The translations under genes were made by a program, and so were the position numbers. A stretch of DNA of 64,000 bases. Origin: Nitrososphaeria archaeon (GTDB lineage Archaea; Thermoproteota; Nitrososphaeria; Nitrososphaerales; JAAOZN01). The stretch is taken from contig JARVJZ010000001.1 in the NCBI GenBank assembly GCA_029775855.1, forward strand, positions 256,001 through 320,000, given 5' to 3'. The notes beneath the pieces are model-generated. The model saw nothing but the letters and a program-made list of their open reading frames with translations, made no database searches and was not told the origin of the DNA. The number at the start of each line of letters is the position of its first letter. Position 1 is the stretch's first letter. Below, one piece after another: positions 1 through 9,511 of this stretch.

Positions 1-252
1 CGTATAGTGAAAGTTCAAAATAATATTAAACTCTTCCGCTTTATCGAATATGGTTCTGGTGTGTCTAGGGACTCTAGGAACATCTAATGGTGCAACTTGC
101 AGTAATTAGTATAGTAATAAGCAGTATCTCTGTAATAACTATGGTAAATGGAGTGATATAAACCACCCTAAAAGTAGGCAAGTTTGACTTACAAATATAA
201 GAGATAAGGTGATGCCACTAATTAAAGTCTGGAAAAACACGGGTGAACGGAA

Positions 253-642
253 CTAGGCGTATGCGTCCTTGATGATTTCGCCATATTCTCTATTCTTCAA
301 TCTGAGAATACGTTCTCCTCGTTTCGGCTTCTTCAATAATATAACATGTTTTGGATACACTCTTACTGCTCCTGTGACTGTATGATAAGCTAAAGTCTCA
401 CCTTTTTTCCTATATCTAGATACAACTATTGCATCACCTACAGCCAACCACGGGACTTCTTCGGCCCACGCAAAGATAAACACGTCTCCCTCTTGCCCTG
501 GACTTTGGTCATATCGGAAGTTGTCACCGTAGTTTCGCACCCATTCCTTGAAATCCTCAACATTTTTCACTGAGAACTGCATATACTCTCCTTCTTCTTG
601 TAGATGCTTCGAGTTGAATGGAAATGCACGAATACGAACCAT
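253..642 (-). CDS. hypothetical protein (start may be the internal Met of MQFSVK)
   Basis: 129-aa ORF with globular composition in an AT-rich stretch; no family recognised. Confidence 0.5.
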   Translation of the reverse strand: MVRIRAFPFNSKHLQEEGEYMQFSVKNVEDFKEWVRNYGDNFRYDQSPGQEGDVFIFAWAEEVPWLAVGDAIVVSRYRKKGETLAYHTVTGAVRVYPKHVILLKKPKRGERILRLKNREYGEIIKDAYA

Positions 643-790
643 GGCTAACCTGAGTTCTCATAAGCTTTATGAAGTTTATAAATACATCGCTGACTTCAGC
701 GTTAGATGATCCTAAAACCATTTTTAAGCACTCCAGTTTTATTAATACATAGAAAAGTTATTTTAGATGCTCTACAACCTACGATGTCTG

Positions 791-926
791 GGGACCGTAG
801 CTCAGCTTGGTTAGCAGGCTTGGGCCAAGGAGCGTTCGAGAGCGAAAATGCTCGGCGACGCTGATAACCGAATTGGCGTGCAACATGCCACGGCAGAGGT
901 CCGCGGTTCAAATCCGCGCGGTCCCA
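791..926 (+). tRNA. tRNA-Ile(GAT) with three non-canonical introns (814-829, 839-859, 873-896)
   Basis: Acceptor stem GGGACCG/CGGTCCC-A, T-arm CGCGG-TTCAAAT-CCGCG, anticodon loop CTGATAA (GAT at 863-865). Removing 16-, 21- and 24-nt BHB-like inserts gives a 75-nt cloverleaf. Confidence 0.88.
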
Positions 927-929
927 CAT

Positions 930-2054
930 TCATATATAGGGCATTTTAGCTAGGGTTTCTGCGCTTATGTGAATTGATTCGTCAAGTCTTAAACCTTCTT
1001 CTATCAACTCTAACACGAGTGCCTTTTCCTCTGGAAACTTGTAGCCTTCATAGTCTTGCTTAAATAGGAAGCTGCCGTCTGCTCGACGCCAAGAGTTCAT
1101 AAAGTGGTCGAAGCACACTCTACTAGTTACGTTAAGTTCGCTTATCATCAATTTAAGCTCCTGTAGCCTCTCGTGCGGAGTTGTCAGCTCAAACTCTCCT
1201 CTCAGATATGCTTCATAGAGCGGTGTTCCTCTGCGTGGTGTAAAAGGTCTTGACCTTATGTAGTCTGGGTTTATCTCGTTTAGGACTCTAGCTGTGTTCT
1301 TAGCATGCTGCAACCAAAATCTTCTACCACCAACGCCAGGCATCCAATATTCTGATAACTCAAAGCCAGCCTTCTTTGAGCGATACCCTGCTTCGATCTG
1401 CTCTTCACTTGTTACACCTTTTTTTATGTATGCTAAAACCTCATCGTCTCCGCTCTCTAAGCCAACATGCAGCCTTGTCAATCCAGCTTGCCTTATCTTG
1501 ATTAAGTCGTCCAGAGGCTTGTGGGCCAATGTTTTAGCCCTTGCATATGATGTAATTCTCACAACTGTAGGGAAGCATCTTTTTATGTGCTGTAATATTT
1601 CGACGAGCTCGTTTGTGCGCATTATCGGGGTGTTTGCATCTTGTAAGAAGACGGTGCGGGCTCCAGCTTCTAGCCAGCGGTAAACCAAAGCGATGTTTTC
1701 ATAGTTTCTCATCTCGTCTGCACTTAGCTCCTCAAAACTCTTCCCATAGAGGAATAGTGGGTCAATTATTCTAGCCACCCAATCCATCCCACCTAGTTTG
1801 TTCGAGAGAGTTGTAAGTAGATCGGCTATAGCCTTCGCTGAATCTATATCTCTCTTCACTTCATCGACACTTCTATACACAAACCTTTTTCCCTTATATG
1901 ATGCACAGAATGTGCAAAAGTTCCAGGGGCAATTTACCGTTGCCCTTATTAAGAGTGAGGCGCTTCCGCCTTCAGAAGGAGGCCTAATGGGGCCTAGATC
2001 AAAGGTGTATTTTTTGAGCTCCTCAACCTCTGGTAAGACCATTCTTGCTATCAA
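930..2054 (-). CDS. radical SAM protein
   Basis: Cys triad CPWNFCTFC, GLESG motif, DH near the C-terminus. Confidence 0.85.
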   Translation of the reverse strand: MIARMVLPEVEELKKYTFDLGPIRPPSEGGSASLLIRATVNCPWNFCTFCASYKGKRFVYRSVDEVKRDIDSAKAIADLLTTLSNKLGGMDWVARIIDPLFLYGKSFEELSADEMRNYENIALVYRWLEAGARTVFLQDANTPIMRTNELVEILQHIKRCFPTVVRITSYARAKTLAHKPLDDLIKIRQAGLTRLHVGLESGDDEVLAYIKKGVTSEEQIEAGYRSKKAGFELSEYWMPGVGGRRFWLQHAKNTARVLNEINPDYIRSRPFTPRRGTPLYEAYLRGEFELTTPHERLQELKLMISELNVTSRVCFDHFMNSWRRADGSFLFKQDYEGYKFPEEKALVLELIEEGLRLDESIHISAETLAKMPYI

Positions 2055-2095
2055 AGTTAAGGGTGGTTAAGGCGGCATAAAAAGGTTAGAGTGCT

Positions 2096-2833
2096 TCACG
2101 CTATATAAATCACTTTCCTATACACTTTTTTAAAACCCAATTTTGTGTAGAATCGTATTAGATTCTCGCTTAATAGGGTTTGAAGACATAAATTTCGGTC
2201 TCCCTCCTTATATGCTTCATTAATTAAATGTTTGATTAGCGTGCTTCCTATACCCCTCCCTCTTAGATCAGGTATGGTGCCTAGACAGTAGATCCCGCTT
2301 AGCTTCTCGCTACTAAACCTAGCAGCAACCCCGACAGCCTTGCTCTTATACCGCGCAATATAAAGTGTGCATCCCGGATGCTTTAGCAAGTTAGGTGTTA
2401 TCTCCTTAAGACCATCAACCCACGAGTAAGCTGCAAATGCATCAACAAACACTTTAACCCAGTCTTCTAGGTCATCTTTGCTACAAATTGAAATCTTTAT
2501 GCTAGGATTTGAAGGTGCACAGCTGCGGGTTCCTGTGCTCATAGTGAGCAGCTTATCTAACACTTCAAAATCTGATTCTAAGAGCAGTTCTTGATACTTC
2601 TTTTCAAGTAAGAATAGAGCTGGTCTTACCTTAAGCCGTTCATAAAAGCTTTTTACATATCTAAGATCATCTTGAGTCAAAACCACTTCCATATCTTTTA
2701 AAAGAGCGTGGTTGAATAGTGGATCGTCTGAGAAGATAGGGTTATAAAGTAGGATAAGATTCTCCGTGGTCCACTGCTTCGACCAAAGAGAAAAGAACTG
2801 CAGCTCGTTGCACTCCAGATCTATAATCTCCAA
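2096..2833 (-). CDS. GNAT family N-acetyltransferase
   Basis: Acetyl-CoA motif LGTIPDLRGRGIGS and FYTKLGF. Confidence 0.85.
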   Translation of the reverse strand: MEIIDLECNELQFFSLWSKQWTTENLILLYNPIFSDDPLFNHALLKDMEVVLTQDDLRYVKSFYERLKVRPALFLLEKKYQELLLESDFEVLDKLLTMSTGTRSCAPSNPSIKISICSKDDLEDWVKVFVDAFAAYSWVDGLKEITPNLLKHPGCTLYIARYKSKAVGVAARFSSEKLSGIYCLGTIPDLRGRGIGSTLIKHLINEAYKEGDRNLCLQTLLSENLIRFYTKLGFKKVYRKVIYIA

Positions 2834-4050
2834 CTGTTATCCACAACCAGCCCTATTGTGGAGAGTATGCTCGCTACAGTCTTGTAGGAGTTCTTCAGTA
2901 AGTTTTCGACCTCTGCCACTGTTGCTGTGTTAATGTAGTCTGCTGTGTCAAGGATTGCTTTGATGGCTGCTGGTGTGTTAAAATCTTGGTTCATGTGGCT
3001 TGCAAATCTTCGTGCTAAAATTTTGATCTTTGAATTCACCTCTCCATCTTCATATTTTGATGCGAATTTGCAGCATCTACCCCAAAACTTTTCTATAGAT
3101 TTAACTCTGCTTCTTAACTTAAGCAGCTCATCTTGATTGAAGACCATGCTTCTTCTATATTTTGTTGATAGGAAGTAGATTCTTAGCAGATTCGAGCTAT
3201 ACTTCTCTAAGGCATCTCTTATAGTTATGTAGTTACCAGTTGACTTAGCCATCTTCTCTCCACCTACTTTAAGGAGACCCGTATGTATCCAATATTTCAC
3301 AAAAGGTGTATGGCCGGTATATGCCTCAGCTTGAGCTATTTCAGCCTCATGATGGGGGTAAATGAGCTCAACCGCACCACCGTGCACATCATATGAGTAG
3401 CCAAAATGTGTGATGGATATGGCTGTGTCCTCTATGTGCCAACCCGGTCTACCCCGCCCAAACGGACTATCATACCCTTCCTCTGACTCTGCCACATTAC
3501 GCCAAAGTAGAAAGTCAGCGGGGTTCTTCTTCTCTGGGTCTAGATCTATCTTTCTCAAAGCTAGCTCTGCTCTACTTTGATGTGACAGCGCACCGAAAGC
3601 TGAAAACTTCGATGTATCAAAGAAGATTCCTTTACTTGTTTTATATGCATAATCTTTCTCTAAAAGTGCTTGGATCTGTTGAATCATTTGGGGTAAGTAG
3701 GCTGAAGCTTTTGCGAAGAGCGTTACGGTGTCGACGCCTAAGCGCTTTAAATCCTCTATGCAAGCCTCAGTATATTTAGCAGCGACTTCTTTCCAGCTCT
3801 TCCCCTCCTTTTTAGACTTCTCAAAGATCTTATCATCTATATCTGTAATATTTATGATAAACAAGACCTTATATCCTAATTGTTTTAAGTATCTAGCGAC
3901 CACATCATAAAAGATGTATGTTCTAGCGTGCCCTAGATGCAAGTAGTCATAGACAGTTGGACCGCATACAAACATCTTAACCATACCTTCGGTTATAGGT
4001 GTGAAGACCTCTAATCTGCGGCTGTAGGTGTTGTAAACTTCAAGTGGCAA
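2821..4050 (-). CDS. cysS: cysteinyl-tRNA synthetase
   Basis: CGPTVYDYLHLGHAR, GRPGWHIE, PHHEAE, KMAKS, DFNTPAA. Confidence 0.95.
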   Translation of the reverse strand: MPLEVYNTYSRRLEVFTPITEGMVKMFVCGPTVYDYLHLGHARTYIFYDVVARYLKQLGYKVLFIINITDIDDKIFEKSKKEGKSWKEVAAKYTEACIEDLKRLGVDTVTLFAKASAYLPQMIQQIQALLEKDYAYKTSKGIFFDTSKFSAFGALSHQSRAELALRKIDLDPEKKNPADFLLWRNVAESEEGYDSPFGRGRPGWHIEDTAISITHFGYSYDVHGGAVELIYPHHEAEIAQAEAYTGHTPFVKYWIHTGLLKVGGEKMAKSTGNYITIRDALEKYSSNLLRIYFLSTKYRRSMVFNQDELLKLRSRVKSIEKFWGRCCKFASKYEDGEVNSKIKILARRFASHMNQDFNTPAAIKAILDTADYINTATVAEVENLLKNSYKTVASILSTIGLVVDNSWRL

Positions 4051-4116
4051 CTATCTAAATATGGTAGGTGCAGAAGTATAGTAAATACTTTAAGACACAA
4101 GGAGCATTAGATTAAA

Positions 4117-4425
4117 GTGATGGAAGGGTATAGAGAGAAGGTGTTAAGGACATTCAAGGAGCTTAGAGCTGCGCTTGAACAGCTCGATTCTGATGCCGGC
4201 ATTAGGGTTAAGGGTTCTTTAGCGGAATTTGATGATGGCGGCTTTATTTTCATAAGCAAAGCAGAGGAGGGGTTTATAATCAATATATGTGATAGCACAA
4301 AGGATGATAACGGTGTTCTTATCCCGAGCAGAAAGGAGAAGTGGTTAAACCTTAAAAGCGTAGCAGAGGTTATGGATTTCATCTTGAAGTCTGCCAAACG
4401 CCCTCTTAAAGCATACCTCTATTAA
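4117..4425 (+). CDS. hypothetical protein
   Basis: 102-aa ORF filling the gap between cysS and the LLM gene. Confidence 0.6.
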   Translation: MMEGYREKVLRTFKELRAALEQLDSDAGIRVKGSLAEFDDGGFIFISKAEEGFIINICDSTKDDNGVLIPSRKEKWLNLKSVAEVMDFILKSAKRPLKAYLY

Positions 4426-5366
4426 CCGCTAAACTTTGATATGACGCCTTCATATAATAAGTCTAAGGTTCCTTCATCATAGAAGTCTGGAAGGAAGAAT
4501 ATGAAGCGTTCAAACCCTAGCTCAGCATAAGTGTTTATAGCGGCAACCCAATCTTCGCTGCTCCCACATATATGAGGCTCGACTCCGATGTTAAGCGACT
4601 TAGCCTTAGCAAAAGCTTTCTCTCTTGACTTGTCAAGCACACCTACCCAGTGTAAAGATCTTCTTATGCTCTTAGCATCCCTACCTATGCTTCTACAGTG
4701 CTCATCAAGTATACTATTGAGCTGCTTAACCCTCTCTACGCTACCATTATAATTGCTCCAATCAGCGTATTGAGCCACAACTTTAAGCGTCAGCCTACCA
4801 CTTCCACCAACAGTTATCGGAGGATGAGGATGCTGTATGGGTTTAGGGTAGCAGTAAGCATCCTTTATCGAATAGTATCTTCCTTTAAAGCTAGGTTTTT
4901 CTTCGCACCACATCTTAGTTATTACCTCAAGACTTTCTTTCAGCATCAATATCCGAGTTGAAGCCTTAGGGTAGTCATAGCCGTAGCTTCTATATTCTGC
5001 CTCATACCAGCCGGCACCTATACCAAACTCCAGCCGCCCTTGTGAGATATTATCTAGGGTCGCGGCCATCTTAGCTACCAACGCGGGATTACGGTAAGAG
5101 TTACAAAGCACAAGCATACCAAGCCTAACTTTACGCGTTATAGGTGCAAGGTAGCTTAGCAGCATCCACCCCTCAAAGCACGGTCCGATACTCTCTGCCT
5201 TATATTGAATGAAGTGATCATAGAGCCAGATCGACTCAACCTTAGAGTTCTCACACCACCTCACAAAGTCAAATATCGTTTCTAAATACTTCTCCTTTGG
5301 AAGAGTATTAAGCTCACCATGCCAGCCTTGAGGCACCATCAACCCAAAAAGAACCAACTCTACCAT
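4422..5366 (-). CDS. LLM-class (luciferase-like) oxidoreductase, probably F420-dependent
   Basis: WLYDHF, RNPALVAKMAATLDNISQGRLEFGIGAGW, PKPIQHPHPPITVGGSG. Confidence 0.85.
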   Translation of the reverse strand: MVELVLFGLMVPQGWHGELNTLPKEKYLETIFDFVRWCENSKVESIWLYDHFIQYKAESIGPCFEGWMLLSYLAPITRKVRLGMLVLCNSYRNPALVAKMAATLDNISQGRLEFGIGAGWYEAEYRSYGYDYPKASTRILMLKESLEVITKMWCEEKPSFKGRYYSIKDAYCYPKPIQHPHPPITVGGSGRLTLKVVAQYADWSNYNGSVERVKQLNSILDEHCRSIGRDAKSIRRSLHWVGVLDKSREKAFAKAKSLNIGVEPHICGSSEDWVAAINTYAELGFERFIFFLPDFYDEGTLDLLYEGVISKFSG

Positions 5367-5385
5367 CCATCAACAAACCAGAGAT

Positions 5386-6231
5386 TTAAGAGTTAAGCTG
5401 TTTAGCAGCCTTCACGAGGTTACTTAACAGCATTGTAATCAACATAGGCCCCAAACCACCTGGGACTGGCGTTATGGCTGAAGCTCTCTTCAACATATCG
5501 TCAAAGTCTACGTCGCCTACAACTTTGCCCTCAAGGTAGTTGTTTCCAGCGTCTATTATGACCGCTCCAGGTTTTATATGCACGCTTTTAATCAGCTTTG
5601 GCTTCGCTACATCCACTAAAAGCAGATCTGCTTCAGAGACGCAGCTTGGGACTGATGCTAGATCTTTAGGGTGAAGCCTAACTTTGGCGCCTAGATTCAG
5701 TGAAAGGGCTGCAAACGGTCTGCCTAAGATCACGCTGTCTCCCAAGATGTGTATGGTGTTTCCGTCGAAGTTGAATGATGACTGCTTGGCTAAATCTAGC
5801 GCCGCTAATGCGCCTGCTGAGACAAAACATTCTCTGCCAGCAAGTAGTAGACCGAGGCTTGATGAAGTGATGCCATCTACATCCTTCTCCACTGCGATTT
5901 GATCTATAGCTTTCTGTTCGTTGATATTCTTTGGTAGGGGTAGTTGGATGAGTATGCCGTGCACCTTCGGATCTTCATTTAGAGAGCGTATCATCTCATG
6001 TAATGCGCTCTGCTCTGTCTGCTCTGAAAGTGTAATTACTTTAGCTTCTGCGCCTATCCCTAGGCATGCTTCTGCCTTCCGCTTCACATAGTTTGCTGCG
6101 CCCCCGAGGTCTCCAACATGGATTAAAGCTATGGTGGGCACGATTCCCTTTTCTCTGAGTTTAGCGACTTGTTTAGAAAGCTCGCTTCGAATCTCTTTCG
6201 AACGCTCTCTTCCATCAAGTATCTTAACCAA
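5386..6231 (-). CDS. folD: FolD-family methylenetetrahydrofolate dehydrogenase/cyclohydrolase (atypical NADP site)
   Basis: YVKRK, HGILIQLPLP, KDVDG, GDVDF, ITPVPGGLGPM; GRS replaced by GDS. Confidence 0.88.
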   Translation of the reverse strand: MVKILDGRERSKEIRSELSKQVAKLREKGIVPTIALIHVGDLGGAANYVKRKAEACLGIGAEAKVITLSEQTEQSALHEMIRSLNEDPKVHGILIQLPLPKNINEQKAIDQIAVEKDVDGITSSSLGLLLAGRECFVSAGALAALDLAKQSSFNFDGNTIHILGDSVILGRPFAALSLNLGAKVRLHPKDLASVPSCVSEADLLLVDVAKPKLIKSVHIKPGAVIIDAGNNYLEGKVVGDVDFDDMLKRASAITPVPGGLGPMLITMLLSNLVKAAKQLNS

Positions 6232-6313
6232 AACCCGCTCTCCACTTAGCGGAAGGAAGCTCTATTTTAGCTTTGAAAAACTCTAATAGTGATATGTTGT
6301 AAAGGTAGTTGGT

Positions 6314-7138
6314 TTGCTTAAAGTTGTATTCGCCAAAATAGGCATGATAGGCATAACCCCGATGATCGAAGGCTTGTTCGATGAAAGAGCTGTGCGCACA
6401 GATATTGTTGTTAGGTCGGTCTACTCAGGTTGTAAAATGGAGCCTTTTGACGCTAAAGAAGTGGTTGAAGCGGCTTTAGCTTTTAAACCTAACCTTATAA
6501 TCTTCGTATCCCCTTACTTACAAGGTGAAGGACCTTTAGAAGCGGTTGACCTCCTTTCTAAATGTGGTGTGCCTACTTGTGTTATAACCAATACTGCTTC
6601 AAAGGCAGTCTTAGATAAGTTAGAGATGAACAGTATCGGCTACATAGTTGTAGATGCAGATCCCATGATAGGTGCTAAAAAAGAGTTTCTTGACCCAGTT
6701 GAGATGTGCCTATTCAACAGTGACATAATAAGGGTTCTAGCGCTAACAGGGGTCTACAGAGCCATACAAGTTGAAGTGGATAAGATTATCAACTCCATCA
6801 AAAAAGGTGTTAAACCATATCTTCCTACGCTTATCTTAGATAAAGAGAAAGCTCTCAATTACGCTAACTACCAGAACCCATATGCTGCCGCTAAAGCGAT
6901 GGCTGCTTTCGAAGCCGCTAGGCTCGTCGCTGAACTTTCTACGCGAGGCTGCTACGCTGTCAAAGATGCGGTGAAGGCGCTTTACTATGTCTCAGCTTCA
7001 CACGAAGTTATGCGTTTAGCTTCGCTGCTAGCCGATGAAGCTAGAGAGATAGAAAAGGGCAAAGATAGGGTTGAGAGGCTGATACACTTAGCTGACGGAA
7101 CAGTAATCAGAAGGCTCAAGCTCTTAGATGGGTTATAA
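6314..7138 (+). CDS. mtd: F420-dependent methylene-H4MPT dehydrogenase (Mtd) family, divergent
   Basis: DERA.R, SG.KM.P, DPMIGA..EFLDP.EM..FN.D, NPYA.AKAMAA, A.LADEAREIEK are Mtd signature blocks. Confidence 0.88.
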   Translation: MLKVVFAKIGMIGITPMIEGLFDERAVRTDIVVRSVYSGCKMEPFDAKEVVEAALAFKPNLIIFVSPYLQGEGPLEAVDLLSKCGVPTCVITNTASKAVLDKLEMNSIGYIVVDADPMIGAKKEFLDPVEMCLFNSDIIRVLALTGVYRAIQVEVDKIINSIKKGVKPYLPTLILDKEKALNYANYQNPYAAAKAMAAFEAARLVAELSTRGCYAVKDAVKALYYVSASHEVMRLASLLADEAREIEKGKDRVERLIHLADGTVIRRLKLLDGL

Positions 7139-7357
7139 TATGCAAGGCTCTCATTAGAGGCGCTGCGGAAAAGCAAGTTGTTAGCCTTATAGATAAAGAT
7201 GTATATAGATGTAATTCTCTCGCACGAAGCCAGATGAGGTTATAGAGCGCACACAAATTTTTACCCAACCCGATTGCGTAGGTAGAATTATATGGCACAG
7301 CGTTAGATAAGTTGGAGTATGTGCTACCGGTTAAAAGGGGCGCGTGGCGCTAGTCAG

Positions 7358-8254
7358 CTACCACCATTTACAGCTATGTTTTGGAGTTTTCTCATTCTTA
7401 GCTGGCTTTCTGAATACAAATATGTGTTCGTGCATGATCTTATAGAAGTCGTAGTATCTGCCTCGCCATCTCCCTCGATCTGACATGACATTATGCTGTA
7501 ATTTTATTATATCCTCTTTCAAAACAAACCCAGCGTCTAAAAATTGCTGCATTACTCTGAAGGCTATAGGGATGAAGTGTCTTTGCTTCCGTGTATCACC
7601 TATAAGGATGCCGCAATATTTATTCTCCTTTAGCACTCTGTAGGATTCATCAGCTATCTTTCTCATAGCGCGCAAATACTCTATAAGATTAAGATTAGAG
7701 ATGTCTCCTTCTATTCGTTTCTTGCTGTAAGGTATGATATAAGCGTATGGTGGATGAGTGACTATAAGGTCAATACTTTCATCCTTAATCTCACTAAGTT
7801 TTCTTGCGTCACCCACATAGGTTCGTAGGATCGGTTCTTTGTAGTCTGAATTAAGGGGATTATAAGTGAAGTTTAACCTATCAAGTGTAACCATTATTGC
7901 ATCGGGATTTATATCAACACCTATGCCATTTCTTTGTAATAATTTGCATTCGACTAAAGTGGTGCCGCTGCCAACCATCTGGTCTAAGACCCAGTCACCT
8001 TTGTTTGAATACTTCAGAATCAGGTTACGGGGAATAAATGGTGAGAAGTTCCCCCGGTAGTCACCTATGTGAGTAGCCCAATCACCTCTATCTGGGAAAC
8101 TCCACACGGTCGTGCCTTCTAGCATGTAATCTTGCTTCGGTGCATATCGCCCAATCTTCCAAGAACCGTGAAGCTTGACTCTATGCCCCTCTATCAAGAC
8201 TTCTTTGTTATTCTTTAGGAATGTGATGTAATCTTCGTGTGTTATTTCTTTCAT
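7358..8254 (-). CDS. amino (m4C/m6A) DNA methyltransferase, apparently orphan
   Basis: Motif I VLDQMVGSGTT and motif IV THPPY; VWSFP.RGDWATH, YRGNF.P; start taken at MKEIT (ORF track extends to 8293). Confidence 0.82.
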   Translation of the reverse strand: MKEITHEDYITFLKNNKEVLIEGHRVKLHGSWKIGRYAPKQDYMLEGTTVWSFPDRGDWATHIGDYRGNFSPFIPRNLILKYSNKGDWVLDQMVGSGTTLVECKLLQRNGIGVDINPDAIMVTLDRLNFTYNPLNSDYKEPILRTYVGDARKLSEIKDESIDLIVTHPPYAYIIPYSKKRIEGDISNLNLIEYLRAMRKIADESYRVLKENKYCGILIGDTRKQRHFIPIAFRVMQQFLDAGFVLKEDIIKLQHNVMSDRGRWRGRYYDFYKIMHEHIFVFRKPAKNEKTPKHSCKWW

Positions 8255-8422
8255 ATCTGCTACCCTTCTACACCCATCTTCTTTACTAATCACCTTTTTC
8301 TTCTACATATATCTCTCTTTAAGATAGGCAATTAATGTTGCTCTTTGGCTGCTTTAGCAAAATTGTGATAATAATTAGTATATGAATGTTTATTTCATAC
8401 ACATATAATCAATATAATGCAG

Positions 8423-9472
8423 TTAGGCGATCTTAACACCCTTGACTATGACCCCTCTGCCTCTAACAACTTTACCTATAGGTTTTGCGTCAAAACCGTG
8501 TCTTTTAAAGATCTTCCCAACCTCGTCTACACAATCACCTCTGGTTACTACACAGAAGCCTACCCCCATGTTGAATGTGCGATACATTTCTTCATTACTT
8601 AACTCACCTTCTTTTTGAATCAGCTTAAAGATAGGCTGAGGCTCAGGCGGATCGTCGAGATTAAACCCTAGATTTGAGCCTTTGGTTAAACGAGTAAGTT
8701 TAGAGAAAGCACCTCCAGTGATATGCGCTAACCCTGAGACGTAGATCTTCTTTCTTAGGATTTCGAGCACGGGTTTAACATAGATTAATGTAGGCTCGAG
8801 TAGTTCATCCCCTAGACTACGGTTTAACGGTGGAACTGTCTCATCTAAACTGTATTTGTTTAAGAGAAGCTTCCTAGCAAGGGTTAGACCGTTTGAATGT
8901 ATGCCTGAGCTGTTTACACCAACGACCACTTCACCAACATCTATCTTCTCCCCAGTCACCAAATTATCCTTCTCAACCAAGCCTACTACCGCGCCGGCTA
9001 GATCGAAGGTTCTCTCATCTTCAGCCAAAAGGTCTGGTAGAACAGCGGTTTCACCTCCTACAACCGCTACATCAGCCATAGATGCGCCTTTAGCAACGCC
9101 TTCAGCCACCTCTTTAATCAGATGCTCATCAGGCTTCTTTAAGGCGAGGTAGTCTAGCAATGCTAGCGGCTCAGCACCCACACAGATGATGTCGTTGACG
9201 TTCATAGCTACGCAGTCTATGCCTACGGTGTTGTATCTGTTTAGCTTCTGCGCTATAATTACCTTTGTGCCAACCCCGTCTATGTGCAAGGCAAGGAGCC
9301 TACCATCATTCAAATCTATTAGCCCAGCGTAGTGCCCTATGCCATAATAGACTGAGCCGACTTTCCCTCTTCTGAATTTGAAGGTTGATGAGAATATCTT
9401 CGCAAGCTCGTTTTGTCTACGCTTTATCTCATTTACATCCACTCCAGCCTCGGCGTAGGATTTGGGCTTCAT
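8423..9472 (-). CDS. purM: phosphoribosylformylglycinamidine cyclo-ligase (AIR synthase)
   Basis: SYAEAGVD, DGVGTK, GGETA, SSGIHSNG, HITGG, TFNMGVG. Confidence 0.96.
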   Translation of the reverse strand: MKPKSYAEAGVDVNEIKRRQNELAKIFSSTFKFRRGKVGSVYYGIGHYAGLIDLNDGRLLALHIDGVGTKVIIAQKLNRYNTVGIDCVAMNVNDIICVGAEPLALLDYLALKKPDEHLIKEVAEGVAKGASMADVAVVGGETAVLPDLLAEDERTFDLAGAVVGLVEKDNLVTGEKIDVGEVVVGVNSSGIHSNGLTLARKLLLNKYSLDETVPPLNRSLGDELLEPTLIYVKPVLEILRKKIYVSGLAHITGGAFSKLTRLTKGSNLGFNLDDPPEPQPIFKLIQKEGELSNEEMYRTFNMGVGFCVVTRGDCVDEVGKIFKRHGFDAKPIGKVVRGRGVIVKGVKIA

Positions 9473-9511
9473 CCCTCTGTTGGTATGCTGCCCTCTTATT
9501 TTACTACTCCG

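Noticed and set aside
702-929. 75-aa minus-strand ORF
   Set aside because: Antisense shadow of the intron-containing tRNA-Ile.
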